A stretch of 64,000 nucleotides of DNA. Origin: Haplodiscus bocki. Taxonomy: Eukaryota. Shown in pieces: positions 49,093 to 61,900 of the stretch. The notes below the pieces were generated by a model. It made no database searches. It saw nothing but the letters and a program-made list of their open reading frames with translations, and was not told where the DNA came from. The DNA is taken from assembly GCA_965655095.1 (NCBI GenBank), contig OZ296648.1, positions 42,284,001 through 42,348,000 of the forward strand, given 5' to 3'. Made by a program: the position numbers and the translations under genes. The first letter of the stretch is position 1; each line of letters begins with the position of its first letter.

Positions 49093-51918
49093 ATGAGTCC
49101 ATCAGAACCCCGCAAACGTGGCATGACCACATGCAAAACTTGCGATGAGAAAGTATCTGGAACACGACGCTTTTGATGCTTCTCTTGTGGTGTAGTACTC
49201 CACAAGTGGACAGAATGTACTGGTTTCTCAGCTTCAGTTGTCAAAAGTTTGCGAAAAGTGACAAAAAACGTGCCCCTCCTTTGCAATTTTTGCGCTGAAA
49301 ACGAACGCGAAACGCTGTTTCAAGACGTCTACGCCACCAGAATGAACCGCCTCGAAGAAGAAAACAACCACAAACTGCAAGCAATACAGGACAAACTCGA
49401 CGAGTACAAAATGAACGTCAGCGACACGTACTCATCTGTTGTGCCTCTGAAAAAAGAAACTAAAAACATTGACTTGAAGCTACAACAGCCTGTTCAAGCG
49501 AAAGCATTTGAGTCAAAGGTTGCAGAACGCAGAGGCCTCCGACTACGAGACATTCCTGAAATGTCTGGCATTCCTCCTGACAAAGCGTTCAAGAAAACCA
49601 TGGAAAAGTAGAATCTGTCTTCGAGTTCCTTGCCGGAAAGAAGCTCAATATCAAAAGCCTAAAAGGAGCTCGCCAATTCAGAGACCTCAGTCCCAAACCA
49701 CGAATCTTGATAGTACAGGTCGATAACGAAGCGTGTCGTACACTTCTGTTGAAGGCCTCACGAGAACTGAAGAATTACCGAGAAATGTCGGGACCAGTAC
49801 TTCTCTCGAAGGAACTTACAATCGAAGAACTAAAAACTGAAAACGAATCACTTCGAATGAGAAAAGTGAAAATCGATCAAGGAGTTCATAGGGAGAAGCT
49901 TCGTATCCGAAATCTCAAACTTGAGATGCAAATTGACCAAGGGGTTTGGGAAGAGGTTTACGACAACATGGCGGACGGTGCTGAAGCACCGTCGGCCTGA
50001 CTACCTAACCGAAATCACGAAATGCAAGTAGACCTACTGATGTGGTATGTTAGAAATATGCCCGATTTGAATCGTCGAACAACTTTATCAAATCCACTTG
50101 CCTTGCAACAATTCCACATCATTAGCCTGTGCGAAGCTGGGCTAGTAGACACAAAACTGAACAGTGGCCTTTTTCTTGGAAACCGGCCAAAATTCCGTCG
50201 TGATCGACAACGTAAGCGATCCGGGAAATCGAGTCACGGTGGCGTACTAATCGCCGTCGATAGCTCGATACCCTGTGAAGAAATTACCGAGTTCAACGTT
50301 TTTTAAGACGTTGTGAGCATTGTCTGCCATTTTTGTTCAATTCAATTTTTAGTTTTATCGGTTTACTGTCCCCCTGAAAATAGTCTTCACCGATGGGCTA
50401 GCAGTAACTTTACCCACTAACTGCAAGAAATTGACAAGGTTCAACAACAATACTACATAACGGAAATCATCGTCACTGGAGACATCAGTTTCCCGATAAC
50501 TGATAGGAACAGTTTCTCAAGCACGAGTGACTACGAAAACTCCAAAGCTGGAATGTTCGTGAACAGGGGCTTCGAACAAAATCTAAGGAAGACAACAAGC
50601 GGCTCACTTGATTTTTGTCTGCTGATTAAACCAGAAAAAGTAGTTCGATGGTTTAGCAAAACCTTTTCAATCAAAAGTGCCTTTCTTATTGGAAACTTTC
50701 GCTCTGATCATGACCCTTTCTCAATTTTCTTCAATATGCAAACTCTTTCCGTTAAAACAACCCAGACTCACTCCTTTTCCTACTCAAGAGTGGATTTCAA
50801 CAAGGTCAACAAGTACATCATTGAGAACCCCTTCTCTTTATACTGCTATAGTAATTGCGACAAACTTTTGGAAACGTGGTATGAGTGGCTACATGAAATC
50901 ATGCTTGCAACAATTCCCATACGTACTAATCATAGAAGCAGTCTCCCAATCTGGTTCACATCGCCAACATCTTGCATCATCAGAAAACTGAAGTCTCTAC
51001 AACGCAAATTGAATTCTGAACCATCGCCTGCACTGCGAAACAAAGTTAGAAGTCTAGAAGACCTGGTGGCCTCAAAGATCAACGAAGATCTCACGCTATA
51101 CAAAGAAAGTAATTTCAAATTTTTACATTTTAGCACGATACAAAGATACTTACGCTGTATTCGTTGGCCTGATCCCATACCGACCGAAATTTGCCATGAA
51201 AACTCAACAGCTAACACGGACGAAGAGAAGAGCTTTCTTTTTAATACTTTCTTCTGTAGTGTCTTTTCGAAATCTAACGACCATGAAGATGAATGTACTG
51301 CTGAATCTACCGAAATACCTGCGATATTGGAAGACCAATCGATAGAACCAAACTTTTCAAATGACATTACAAATCTACTCAAATCTACAGAAGAGTGTAA
51401 CGAAATGGATTTGCAGAACGTCACAAGTCAACTACAAAACCCGCCTGATCCAACTGAAGCTGATACCAATTAATTTATACATCGAAATGCACTATTTACT
51501 AACCTTCTGTAAATAGTAGCTGATCAACACAACTTCGACTGGAAGAAGCACATCAACCCTATTGAAAAAAACTCCATGAGAACATCAACATCAACCCCGT
51601 GTTATCTATCAAAAAAAAAAGAGCAAAAGCAAAGACATTTTTTGGTACAGAACTCTTCAACTTCACCGAAGACTATCGAAAACTGTAAATTTACAAGAAC
51701 TGTGCTACGTGAAAGAAGGTATCCAAGATTACAACTGGAAGTTCCTCATCAACAAATTTTGTGAAGGAAACTTGTGCTCATGGCAAATCAACTGTCAATG
51801 TTGAACCTGCTCGCCATGAAGTAACTGGTATTTGCGTGGGCTCAATACCCTTCCGTTGGAGAAACAAAATATTATTATTATTATTAATCTTATTTATGAA
51901 AATATTATTATTATTATT
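49093..51918 (+). mobile_element. CR1/L2-like LINE (element B): disrupted PHD-ORF1, endonuclease, RT internally deleted, (ATT)n tail
   Basis: ORF1 from ATG 49093 (CKTC..CFSC..H..C..LLCNFC; stop at 49174, frameshift ~49600) ends at TGA 50000. EN motifs ISLCE, RRDR..HGGVLIAV, VTGDI, SDHDP. The sequence jumps to a post-RT fragment NFDWKKHI at ~51530. (ATT)5 occurs twice within 51871-51918. Confidence 0.85.
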
Positions 51919-53111
51919 GTAAAAAATGAAACAAGCGTGTGCTACATTTTAACTCGTTGTGAAATCTACAAATTATTTTGCAAAATTAGCGGATGTGGAA
52001 ATCAAATCTCAATCGTTTTTCGAAAGTAACACATAACTATTTCAGTTTTTCAGATTCTGGGAAAGTTTTCCCGTCTGAAAGAAAACAACAAGATTCTTAC
52101 AAGGATTGAATGAGACTATTTGTCTTGTATTAGTTTAAAAGCAAATTCATTACCGCATACTGAGATCTATATTTAGTTAGTTCTTCATCCAGAATGCAAA
52201 AGATATTATAAAACTCTTACAAGAGGTTAATATCATCTGCAAAATGTGCAGTAATATGTGATAACAATTGTTTGGAAGATCATTTTTTCTTAAAAAAATA
52301 ACGAAGCACCAGGTATTTCCCCTCGCAGAACCCCGCTTACATTAGCAGCTCAACAAGAGAAAGCATTTGAAAAATTTTACACTGTGATACGGCTAGAGAG
52401 ATTTGAGCAGAACCAGTCAAAGGCAACACCCCCAATGCAGTATTGTTGTAATTTCATCAGCAGTCGTTAGTGGTCTATGGTAGCAAATGCTTTCCTAACG
52501 TCAAAAAGAATACAACAACACACCATAATTTTTGCAAATGTCTGTTTTTCACTTATATCAACAAGAGCATCAGTCGTCAAAACATAAGTTTAAAACCCGA
52601 TTTGTTTTCAAATGAAAATTTCCATTTAATTAGGTTTGCATTGTTGCGATTAATCGAAGTTCTCTGGAAGTTATACTAAAAGATGGAAGAACAGAGATAC
52701 GCCTAAATTTATCAACCCCTTGAGTTTGTCCAAATTTATTTGTCGGTAATAATTTAACGACTTTGAAGCAATCTTGGCAAACGCGTTAAAAAAGTGAAAG
52801 ATTAAATTCAACTAACAAGGGCTAGGCTAAACGATTTGCGCAAGCGTTATGTGCTTTTTAGTGCTTAACCCAAACAATCCAACTTTCACAACATTTCTTT
52901 GGAATTTTGCCAGTTATATTAAAATTTTTTCGTAGATCGCTGTAAAATTAATTCAACATACATTTCTTCGACTTTGCAACCTTCTGAGTAGTCATACAGT
53001 CAGTTTATAATTTTTGCATTGCGCGTTGATTTTGCAAAAACCTGCACTGAGAGATGCTTCTTTGTATTTTCCTACTGGAGACTCAGAACGGAAACAAAGG
53101 GTAACACTTAC

Positions 53112-53193
53112 TGGAGACATTCTTGCTAGCACCTGTGCCGATGCCGCCTGCCTAGAGCTGCTGCTGCTGCTGCGAGGTGCGGTCTTCGTCGTT
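53112..53193 (-). other. Candidate upstream (5' UTR) exon of ZRANB1
   Basis: GC-rich, apparently unique segment with (CAG)5, a consensus donor CCA|GTAAGT at 53111, an upstream tgcag and long pyrimidine tract, and a CpG-containing patch at ~53430-53460. Same strand as ZRANB1, whose first coding exon begins with an acceptor. Confidence 0.4.
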
Positions 53194-56100
53194 CTGCATA
53201 GGCACAAGTAACCAGAGAAGAACAGAAAACTGATTAACTGAAAAAAACGGAAGACAGGATTGAATAATTTAGAAGAAGAAACTAGAACTGAGATAGCACA
53301 CCCAGGAGCGCCACTGTGCTTTTTGGAAAAGTAGCTCTAAGAATCGCTAAACAAGTGTTGAATCACCGATAAGTTTTTTTTCATTTTCTTTAAATTGCTT
53401 CACCACTACTCATTTGAACGTATGTAGCAAATACACGAGACGCGCGAGCAGCGGAGCATCCACAAAAATTTCCAAATAAAGAAGAAGTGACAAGTCCAGT
53501 AAATTTGAGGCGGTGTGGGTAAGATGTCTCTGATCCGCATCTGACGGCGTTAAAGTAGATCTTATCGAAATTTTTAGGAGAAGTCCAACTTTCCAATTCG
53601 AATCGTCGATAAGAAAACATCATGTCTCCCAGCCCGTACTTTGATACCATTTTCTTTGTTGATGAGTGTAAAGAAACAAACAAATCTCTAGATTTTGGTT
53701 CTTTTTCTGCTCCTAAAAGTGGACTCCTTCAGTTGTTTTTAGCCGTACTTTCGTCTACTTGGTCATCTTAGTCCTTCGTTTGACGAGTTTCCTTTATCAT
53801 TACTTTGTGTTTATGCTCGTGACCTATTATAGGTGGAAATTTCTGTTTCTGGGTTTTCTCTGACTTTCGGCAGCACTCGATTTTTTTCGGCATGAGTATC
53901 AATCATTCAGTAAAACTTGTCCAGAAGTCTGTCGATTGACATATCAAATTTCCGCTGGTTATTTAGTTTAATCCTCTTTGGTGTAATAAAAATCATCAGT
54001 TTTCAGAATACTCGATGTTCAAATTTTTGGATTACATCGGATATGGATAATTGTTTTCAGTTGTATCTACTGGCAAAACGTTGGTGTTGGAAAGGAAATA
54101 GGAAAATTCCTCGATGTTTCTATTGGTTTATGTCATTTTTCGATTGACAAGCTCCTTTGAATGATCTGTAAGCTTTTCTAGTCATCAAGTGCAATTCACT
54201 TTTTCTAGTTTGAGCGATTGAAGAGTCATTTTTAACCATTCCCATCGTAATATATATGCAAAATTAAAAGTCCAAAAAAGTGGAAGTTCTGTCTAAAAAA
54301 TGATTATAAAACTTTGATTATCAAAAAGGCTGAGAGTGCAAGTTGAGCACATCAGTAAACATTATTTTTGATACAATTTTCAGCAAAACACAGTTTGTTT
54401 TGAAGTTATTCAATTTTGTGTGCCAAAAACCGCACCTTTTTGTTAGTAGTCAAATTTACATAACCAAAAAAGTCATTTTTTAGTCCTTTACAAGTGATTT
54501 TTCACAAATTAAAAGATTTTCCCCCGACGAAAAAACTCATTTCGTCTTGGCATATTCAAAAAAGGTAATTTAACGGAAAGATGAGCTCTCTAGCTAGTCT
54601 CAAAAAAAAGTATTCAATTTTTCCCAAAAGTACCAGTTTTGGCCGTTTTCGGCTACCTAGGTCCGGTTTCAAAGTCTTTCTTCTTGACATAGAAGAAAAG
54701 TGTCAAAAACTTCTCTTTCAATTTCCTGGGGCAAAACATTTGGAACATTCTGTTGATTTTTGCGTGTTCTATCTCTTCTGGCCTGCCGAGGGGTAACGTT
54801 TTTGTAGGTCGAAATTTTTCTCTCTCTGCGTGACTTCAATGGGTTGTAAAACAGTGAGGCGTCCTTTTAAAACCCCTTACGTTTTTTCTACTGTTTCTTT
54901 CTGTTCCTCCTTTTACTTTGCTTTCAAAAAACTGTAGTCCGCTGGATAGTTATTTTGCTGTTTTTTACTAATGGGCAAAAAACTGAGTTTCTGAACGTTT
55001 CTGGTTGTTCTACAGCAACTCCTTCTACAGTTCTGAGATATAGGAGATCATAATCGACCCATTTTTTCAGAAACTTTAGTTCATTTTCTTAAATTTTTGT
55101 TTTGGGTTATTTTGAGACGTTTCAAGTGTGTTGTTCACATCGACCAAAGTTTTACTGAACTCAATTCACCAATTTTTTCACTGCATCTTTCGTTGACGAC
55201 ATTTTTTGAGAATGTTATTTTCATTGCTTCTGCTCATATTGCAAACCTAAGGTTTCCTTCAGCTGTAGTTTTGATCAGTTAAAGCCGTTTGTTGCTATCT
55301 TTGTGCACCTTTGAGAATGTTGCATGCAAACTTTGGGCTCTAATTTCTTAAAGGCGCCATTTTTGAGACGCGGCAGCAACTATATGCTATAGTGTCGGGT
55401 AGTGGAAGCCCTGCGCATGGTCACAAGTCCCTCCAATTTCCCATATTCACTTCTAAGTTTTTCTTTTATTTCGGGCATTTATATTTTTGTGTTAATTGTG
55501 TTTCCACTTTTATGCACTTTCAAACTTGGAAGTGAACTAAGTAGTCATAATTTTACCATTTTCCGAACCGTATGATGGTTCTTTTCGTCAACAACTTCCA
55601 TTTTTTCCAATGCAACAAAGTTCACCCAACGTGTTCCTTTTGCATTGTAGTTTTCATTGGTGAAAACAATTTTGCTCCGATCGTAACAGTCTTCTGGAAA
55701 AAGAGCGAAAAATAATGTTTATGCTGCGGTACCTTCGCTACGTTAATGCACGTGACAGTGCCGCTCCAAATATCTTAACACTGGCTGAGAAGTTGGTTCT
55801 CTCCAACGTTGAGTTTACTCAGGTCAATTTCACTTTCCACGTATGATTCTCACTGCTAATTTTCACAAAAACTTTGTGTATTAACACATCAAACACAAAG
55901 TGGCAATGATGATCTTTTCAGACACTTTATAAGGGATGTCCATTTGCGAACTGTTTGGGCTTTTTGTTCCTTCTTCTCCAACTACACTTCAACTTATGTT
56001 ATTTCGGTCCTTGTAAAAAAAGTTGATCAGCGTTGTTGAAAAACGCTAGAACAAATCTCACACTTTCTCTCAGGCTCTGGAGTTTTCGCTGGAATTTTGC

Positions 56101-57599
56101 CGTGTTTTGCTGGCGGTAATCAGTTTGGAAACTGCTGTTTGTTGATTTTCAAACTTTATGCACCTCCATGCAGTGTCCTTTGCGAAACACTCAAACTTAT
56201 GTACGCCAAGTTCTCAGCTTTGATTACTTCAAATAAAAAATGTTTTAAAATGTTTTGGGGAAAAAGCTGAGTGAATCAACAAAGTCCATTTTTTGTTCAG
56301 TTGTTCCACGAGAATTGTTTTCTGTTTTTTAACAGTAATTGAAATACGAATTTCCGGGCTCCAGCTCTGTGTTTCGGTGACAACTGGTCAAGTAACAAAT
56401 GGTTGATAAAAACCACATCACGTAATTTGGAGGAGAAACTTTTCCCGTTTTTAATTTCACTTAGAAACACTTTTTCTGACAAAATGTTTTCATAGCGCCT
56501 TGAAGCAAATTTGGTTATACAGAGCAAGAAAACGGTAAATTGCAGGGCGCAATGGCTTCATTTTTTATCAAGCTTGTGATAGTATAAAAAAGACTGCAGG
56601 AAACTCAAACTCTGATTTTTTTACGGGACCATCGCGTAAAAGCTTTTGCTCTTTGTACTCCCTTTTACCAAGGTCCCTGTTTCATTCTATTAGCGCGTGA
56701 CTTTCCGTTTGATCAAAACAATTCTCCCAATCCCACCAGTTATCCTGTGATTCCCTGCCTCAAAAATAACCACGAAGGCAAATGAACAGGGTTGGATAGT
56801 TTCCCTTCATGAAACTCACCAAGCGGTTTCTCAGAAATTGAACGAACCCAGCTCAAAAGAACGACGAAGAAACCAAAAATTCTACCGAAAAGAAGGCGGC
56901 TCCCTATTTTACGCAATTCCTCCCATAAAATGCCTTTTCTCTCCGTGAAGTTGAAATTTTAAAAAGAAAGTGAATTTCAACAAACAAAAATGTCAGTGTT
57001 TTTTATTTCTATACATCTGTAAACGTCTTTGCTTTTATAAAGCCTCACTTTTAAAGCGGTAAAATATAATTCAATATGTGTAATTTATCTATCGCTACTA
57101 TCAAGTTTTTTCGTAAGAATCAATTATTGAACTTAAACTATAGCAACCAGAGCAGAGTGGTTATTTATGGTGATAACAAGCGAGCCTCTTAAATTTTTTG
57201 CACTACGCACAGGCATCCTTGTAAGTTTCACCTCGCGCAGCCAGAACAATTTTTGCCCCAGTTTCTGTTTTGCTTTTTGAATTCTTTTTGCATGCAGCCT
57301 CAGCGCCGAAAGGTTGCTTCTTGCAATGTTGGCCAACTCTGCACTTTTTTGTCCTTTTTTTGGTCTTTGCGTTTCTTAGTGTTTTTTATTGTTTTTAACA
57401 GTTCGCTGATCAAAATAAATTTTGTTTTTTTAGTTTGCGCTTTCATACGTTTTTCTGTTAACCCATGGCAAATTTTGCCTGCTTTGTTCCTTTTCTTTTA
57501 CTAGAATATGGACAGCCCAACAATGTAGAATTCAACCAGTTGTTCACGAGGTGAAGCTTCACTGAATGTGCTTTGAAAGATTTTATGAATCTACTTTTA

Positions 57600-58350
57600 T
57601 TTACCCATCAACATTTATGTTGAGTAACTGTCTTTAATTCATGTGGCAAGTTCCTCCAGCGACGTTCTTCCATTCGGTGACCAAATAGACTAAAGTGGGC
57701 GTTCTTCGAGTGTAGAACGCTGAGATAAAGTGATGCAGAATACACTACAGTACCTTGCTACCCCCTTATTTATGTTGTTCGCCTTCTGCGACGCTCCAAT
57801 GTCGCTGACATCGTTTCCGCTACGTTCCTTCACCAACATCCATTGGTCACGTCTTTCGCGGCCGCGTTCTAAGCAACGTTTCTTGTGGCCCATCTTTTCT
57901 TCCCCGATTATGTAGCCGCTCTTCCTTCTAGAGCTTCCGTTCTACCAACTTGTCCCCGATACAAAACGAACAAAAAATTTCCAAATCTTGTATGTCCGTT
58001 TACCACTGCTGAAATTAGTTTCAACCCCTTTGTCATTGCCTTCCCTGTCACTTCTGTCAAGGTTTGCACGTGAAAGTTGGATAATCTTGCATTGCTGGTT
58101 ACGGTACATTGAAACCAATCATACCTCTGTCCACGACGCGCTGATTTTTTTTGATCGGAAACCTTGGCTCTTTCGCTTGGAATTGTATGCGCACAACAAC
58201 CCTGACACCCTCACCGGTCGGCCAGTCCCCACTGCCCCCCAGTAAATCAAATCTCTTTTGCCATTGAACAGTGCTGTAAAGGCCTCGTTTTCCTTTTCCA
58301 CAGTTACTTCTTGCACTTCCAGTTCATCAGCTGGATCCTCATCCTTGAAT
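57600..58350 (-). pseudogene. Highly decayed LINE RT relic (RTE-like)
   Basis: EVQEVTVEKENEAFTALFNGK resembles the pre-RT helix; FGHRMEERRW resembles the RTE C-terminal motif. Otherwise degenerate. Confidence 0.3.
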
Positions 58351-58938
58351 TCATACGGAACAAGCTCAGGTCACTCTCCTTCCCATTTCCGAGAGCGCTG
58401 TGCAACTGCTTCTTGATGCTGTTTCTCTCAGTTTGGTTTACCGAATTTCTATTGACTGGCTCCTGATTGTTCACATTTGTTCGTGTATCCTTTGTTCGTT
58501 TTGAATTTGCTCTTTCCCTCTCTATTTTTCTTTGTTCTATGACTTTCAGTCGGTCTCCTTCAGTTTGATACTACTGGTGTTCCACTTTTTTGTTGAATAG
58601 AACTTGCTCTACATGTCTTGTCGTCATTACTGAGATCCGCTGTCTTATTGACTATTGGTTTCGATAATCACTTTCCGCTTGCATCTAATCTTCATCAAAA
58701 CGTTGAAGTATTTTCTGTGCCTCCGTATACCCCAAAAAATTGGGAGACAGTTTACACTTGATTGCCTGATGTCTGCGTGTCATTTATTCTTTTTGTTTCT
58801 TCAGGGTCATGATACGAAGTAAACACTCATCCAATAGTGCAGATGTCGATGTTTTGTTTCTTTTATCTTAGTGTTTCCCATGGATACCGACGATCAAGCC
58901 CCAAACGTGACATCGCAACAACACTCCAGTACAACCAA

Positions 58939-61900
58939 TGGTGCTACAGTTAGAGCTAATTGTTCTTCTTTAGTGATAAAAATTTTGTTAGCACAACCAT
59001 TTTCGAAGACTTTTTAAACTCAATCAAGCTAAAATGCCTCACGCTTTGACGGCTAGAAAACCCCATTCCATGATTTGCGTCTTGACCTCTTCTTTGCCGC
59101 CTCAATGGCGCAATTTTGAGTTTATTTTGCATTGTGACTGAAACTCGGCAGAAGAATATGGACCTACTTCTCGACGGTTTTAGATCCCAGTAGGCTCGCA
59201 ATCAAAACAATTTGAAGGCCGAAGTGAAAGCTCGCCGTCAGCAGCCGGGACAAAATTCCACCGCATTCTTTCGTGATGCACGCAGTTTAGCCCTCAATAC
59301 CCATTCCTGTCGAGGCTGTCCGCAGTGAAATTATTTTGAGCATTTCCTTTTCGGTGTTGTGTAACCTAATTGATCGGTGGGAGCAATTTTTAGGGCGCAA
59401 CCGTTGGTTCTCAAATGCAAATCTTTACTCGGATTAAACGGTTTGAAATTGCAAACTTTTGCTGTTAACAACATCAGCACTGACACCCCTTTTGACACAT
59501 TTACTGTGTAAGTTCGACATCTCCGCACAAAAATCCGGACACTGTGGTGCAGCATCTCGTAGTGACAAGAAAACGTCTCTACGTGATCGAAGAAAGCACT
59601 CCGACATCCAAAAGTATAGCCGGTAACGGTCAACTTCGCCAGGACAAAGACAAAATAACAGATAATTGAGTTTCAAAACAACCAACCCCACCAACGAACA
59701 GAACAACGCCTGAAAGGGCAACAACAACCAAAACAAATCCAAAGTTTGCTCCTCAGAGGAAACGAATACCAACTAACAAGATCGAAGCTCCAGTCAACAG
59801 CGTAAAAGTGAACAAAAAAGCAAAGCAGTGCGGCCAAGAAATCCTTCTTGTCGTGAGCGTAAAGCGTTGGTCACTTTTGAAAGAAATGGTTTCTTTTGGC
59901 ACGATTGCCATGCCCAAGGCAAGAGCATAATTGGAATGCACCTTCTTATCAATAATTTATATGCAGGGGCAACCTAAAACACCTCCAATCGCCGGACTAT
60001 TCGAACACAGTGGAAGATGACAAAGGTGTTCTTGTACGGGTCAAGGACTCAGAAAATCCAATAAAGGCTGTTTGTGACACAGGCCTACCTGTTTCTTGCT
60101 TGAGCCCGCGAAATTGTTTGCCTGTCGTCCTCAAAAGAAATAGTCATCCCCTAAGTCACGTTCTAACAGGTTTTTGCCCCCAACCAGGTGGACTTTCCAG
60201 TAAAATGTCATATTGCAAAGGGTTTGAAAATAGTTTCATGAAGTTTCCATACAATTTTTCAACACTTGAACCTTCAGAAGCTGAGTGTTCGTTATATCTT
60301 GACGTGTTATGATTCTATGTCTTTTGAAATGATGTTAAGTTTAGGCCAAGTTACGTCCGCGAATCTATTCAATAGAACAACAACGGGTCAATAAGGGAAC
60401 TAACGAAAAATTTTGCATACTTTTCAGGAAGGAGGCGATTTTTGTAGGTAAAAATGACGTTGGTGATCATACAATAGTGGCAAAAAAATGATCTTTGAGC
60501 CTCCACAATATTTTCGAGACAAACAAGTTTTTTTCAACACTCTTTCTGAATTCCAAGGAGATACCAAACTAGCTCGCTTCATCAATCCCGAGGAGGATCG
60601 AACGATCAACAGAGCCTCAACAGCGAAAAAAATGGAGATTTGGTGAGACGATACGTTGGCCCCAAAATATTTAGCTACCCAACAGGAGCACAAGCGAAGT
60701 GCGTTTATCAAAGATGACCTCAAGCTCGTCTTCCCCTTATGAAAGCCAATACTGAAACATAATTCGCCCGCAAAATTGACGCAGTAAATCCGTGACTTTT
60801 CACTTGTGTTCTCCAGAGATGATTGGGACATCGGCGTAAACCATCTTTTGCAGCATTGAATTCAGGTTTATTCAAGTTCGCCCTTTTTAATAACGCCAGA
60901 TGTCAATGCAGTCCACAACGGACCTTCAAGAAAACTTGGAGAGAACCCTTAAACTTGAACTTTTTGGGCCGTACTGTTGCCCCTATCGCCTGTTGAATAA
61001 GCAGACCATTAGGACTTGGTAACCGATGCCGTCCATTGAAAAAAAGTTCCACATATTGAACGGTAGTTGTTACTTTTCCACCAATGACATGTCTTGGGGA
61101 TTCTATCAACTCCGCAGGGAAGAAACAAGTCAGGACTATACAACGTTTAGTACATCATTTGGATCACTTAAATGGCTACTCATGCCAAATAGCGTCATCG
61201 GGGCTTCAAACGCATCTCAGTCTTTCATAGAAAAGGACTCATAAGCCTATCTTGGAATTTCACATTCCCTAATTTTGATGAATGCATCTATTTCTCTCGC
61301 AATATCAACAAGTACTGAGAACTCTCGAAGATTTTTAAGAGTTTAAATACGCCCATCCCAAAAAAACCAAAAAAAGTGCAAGTTTGTCAGGCAAAAATTA
61401 CTTTTCTCGAATGACGTTGTCGGCCATGAAAGCATCAAAGCCAACTTTGCGAAAAACTTTGATTACTAACAAACGTCTCGCTCCAAAGCAAGCCATGGAT
61501 TCTCAGGCCTCTGTTATTTTTGTCGATAGTTTGTTAAAGCATCCGCAAAAACAGCCCGCATTATGCATCAACCGACCGAGAGAACAGAGGATTTCTTCTT
61601 GCACTCCAATGAACAAGAAGCATTTGATGTTCTGAACGCAAGACTCACCTCCGTTCCGCTTTCGAGTTTCCCGAGCATGCGAAAAACTTTCATATTGTAT
61701 ACTTACGCTGGACAGCAGGCAGTGAGTGCAGTTCCCGGTCAATTTTAACATGTTTCAGAGCGCGTTCCTTGGTTTGCTTCTATTTCTTTCAGCGATGTTC
61801 AGAGGCGATAGTTCAAAACAGAATGTGAACTTCTGGTTATCGTGTCTTTTGCAAGACATTTGAAGCGAATTTTATTACGAAGAATGTTCCAAAGTGACAC

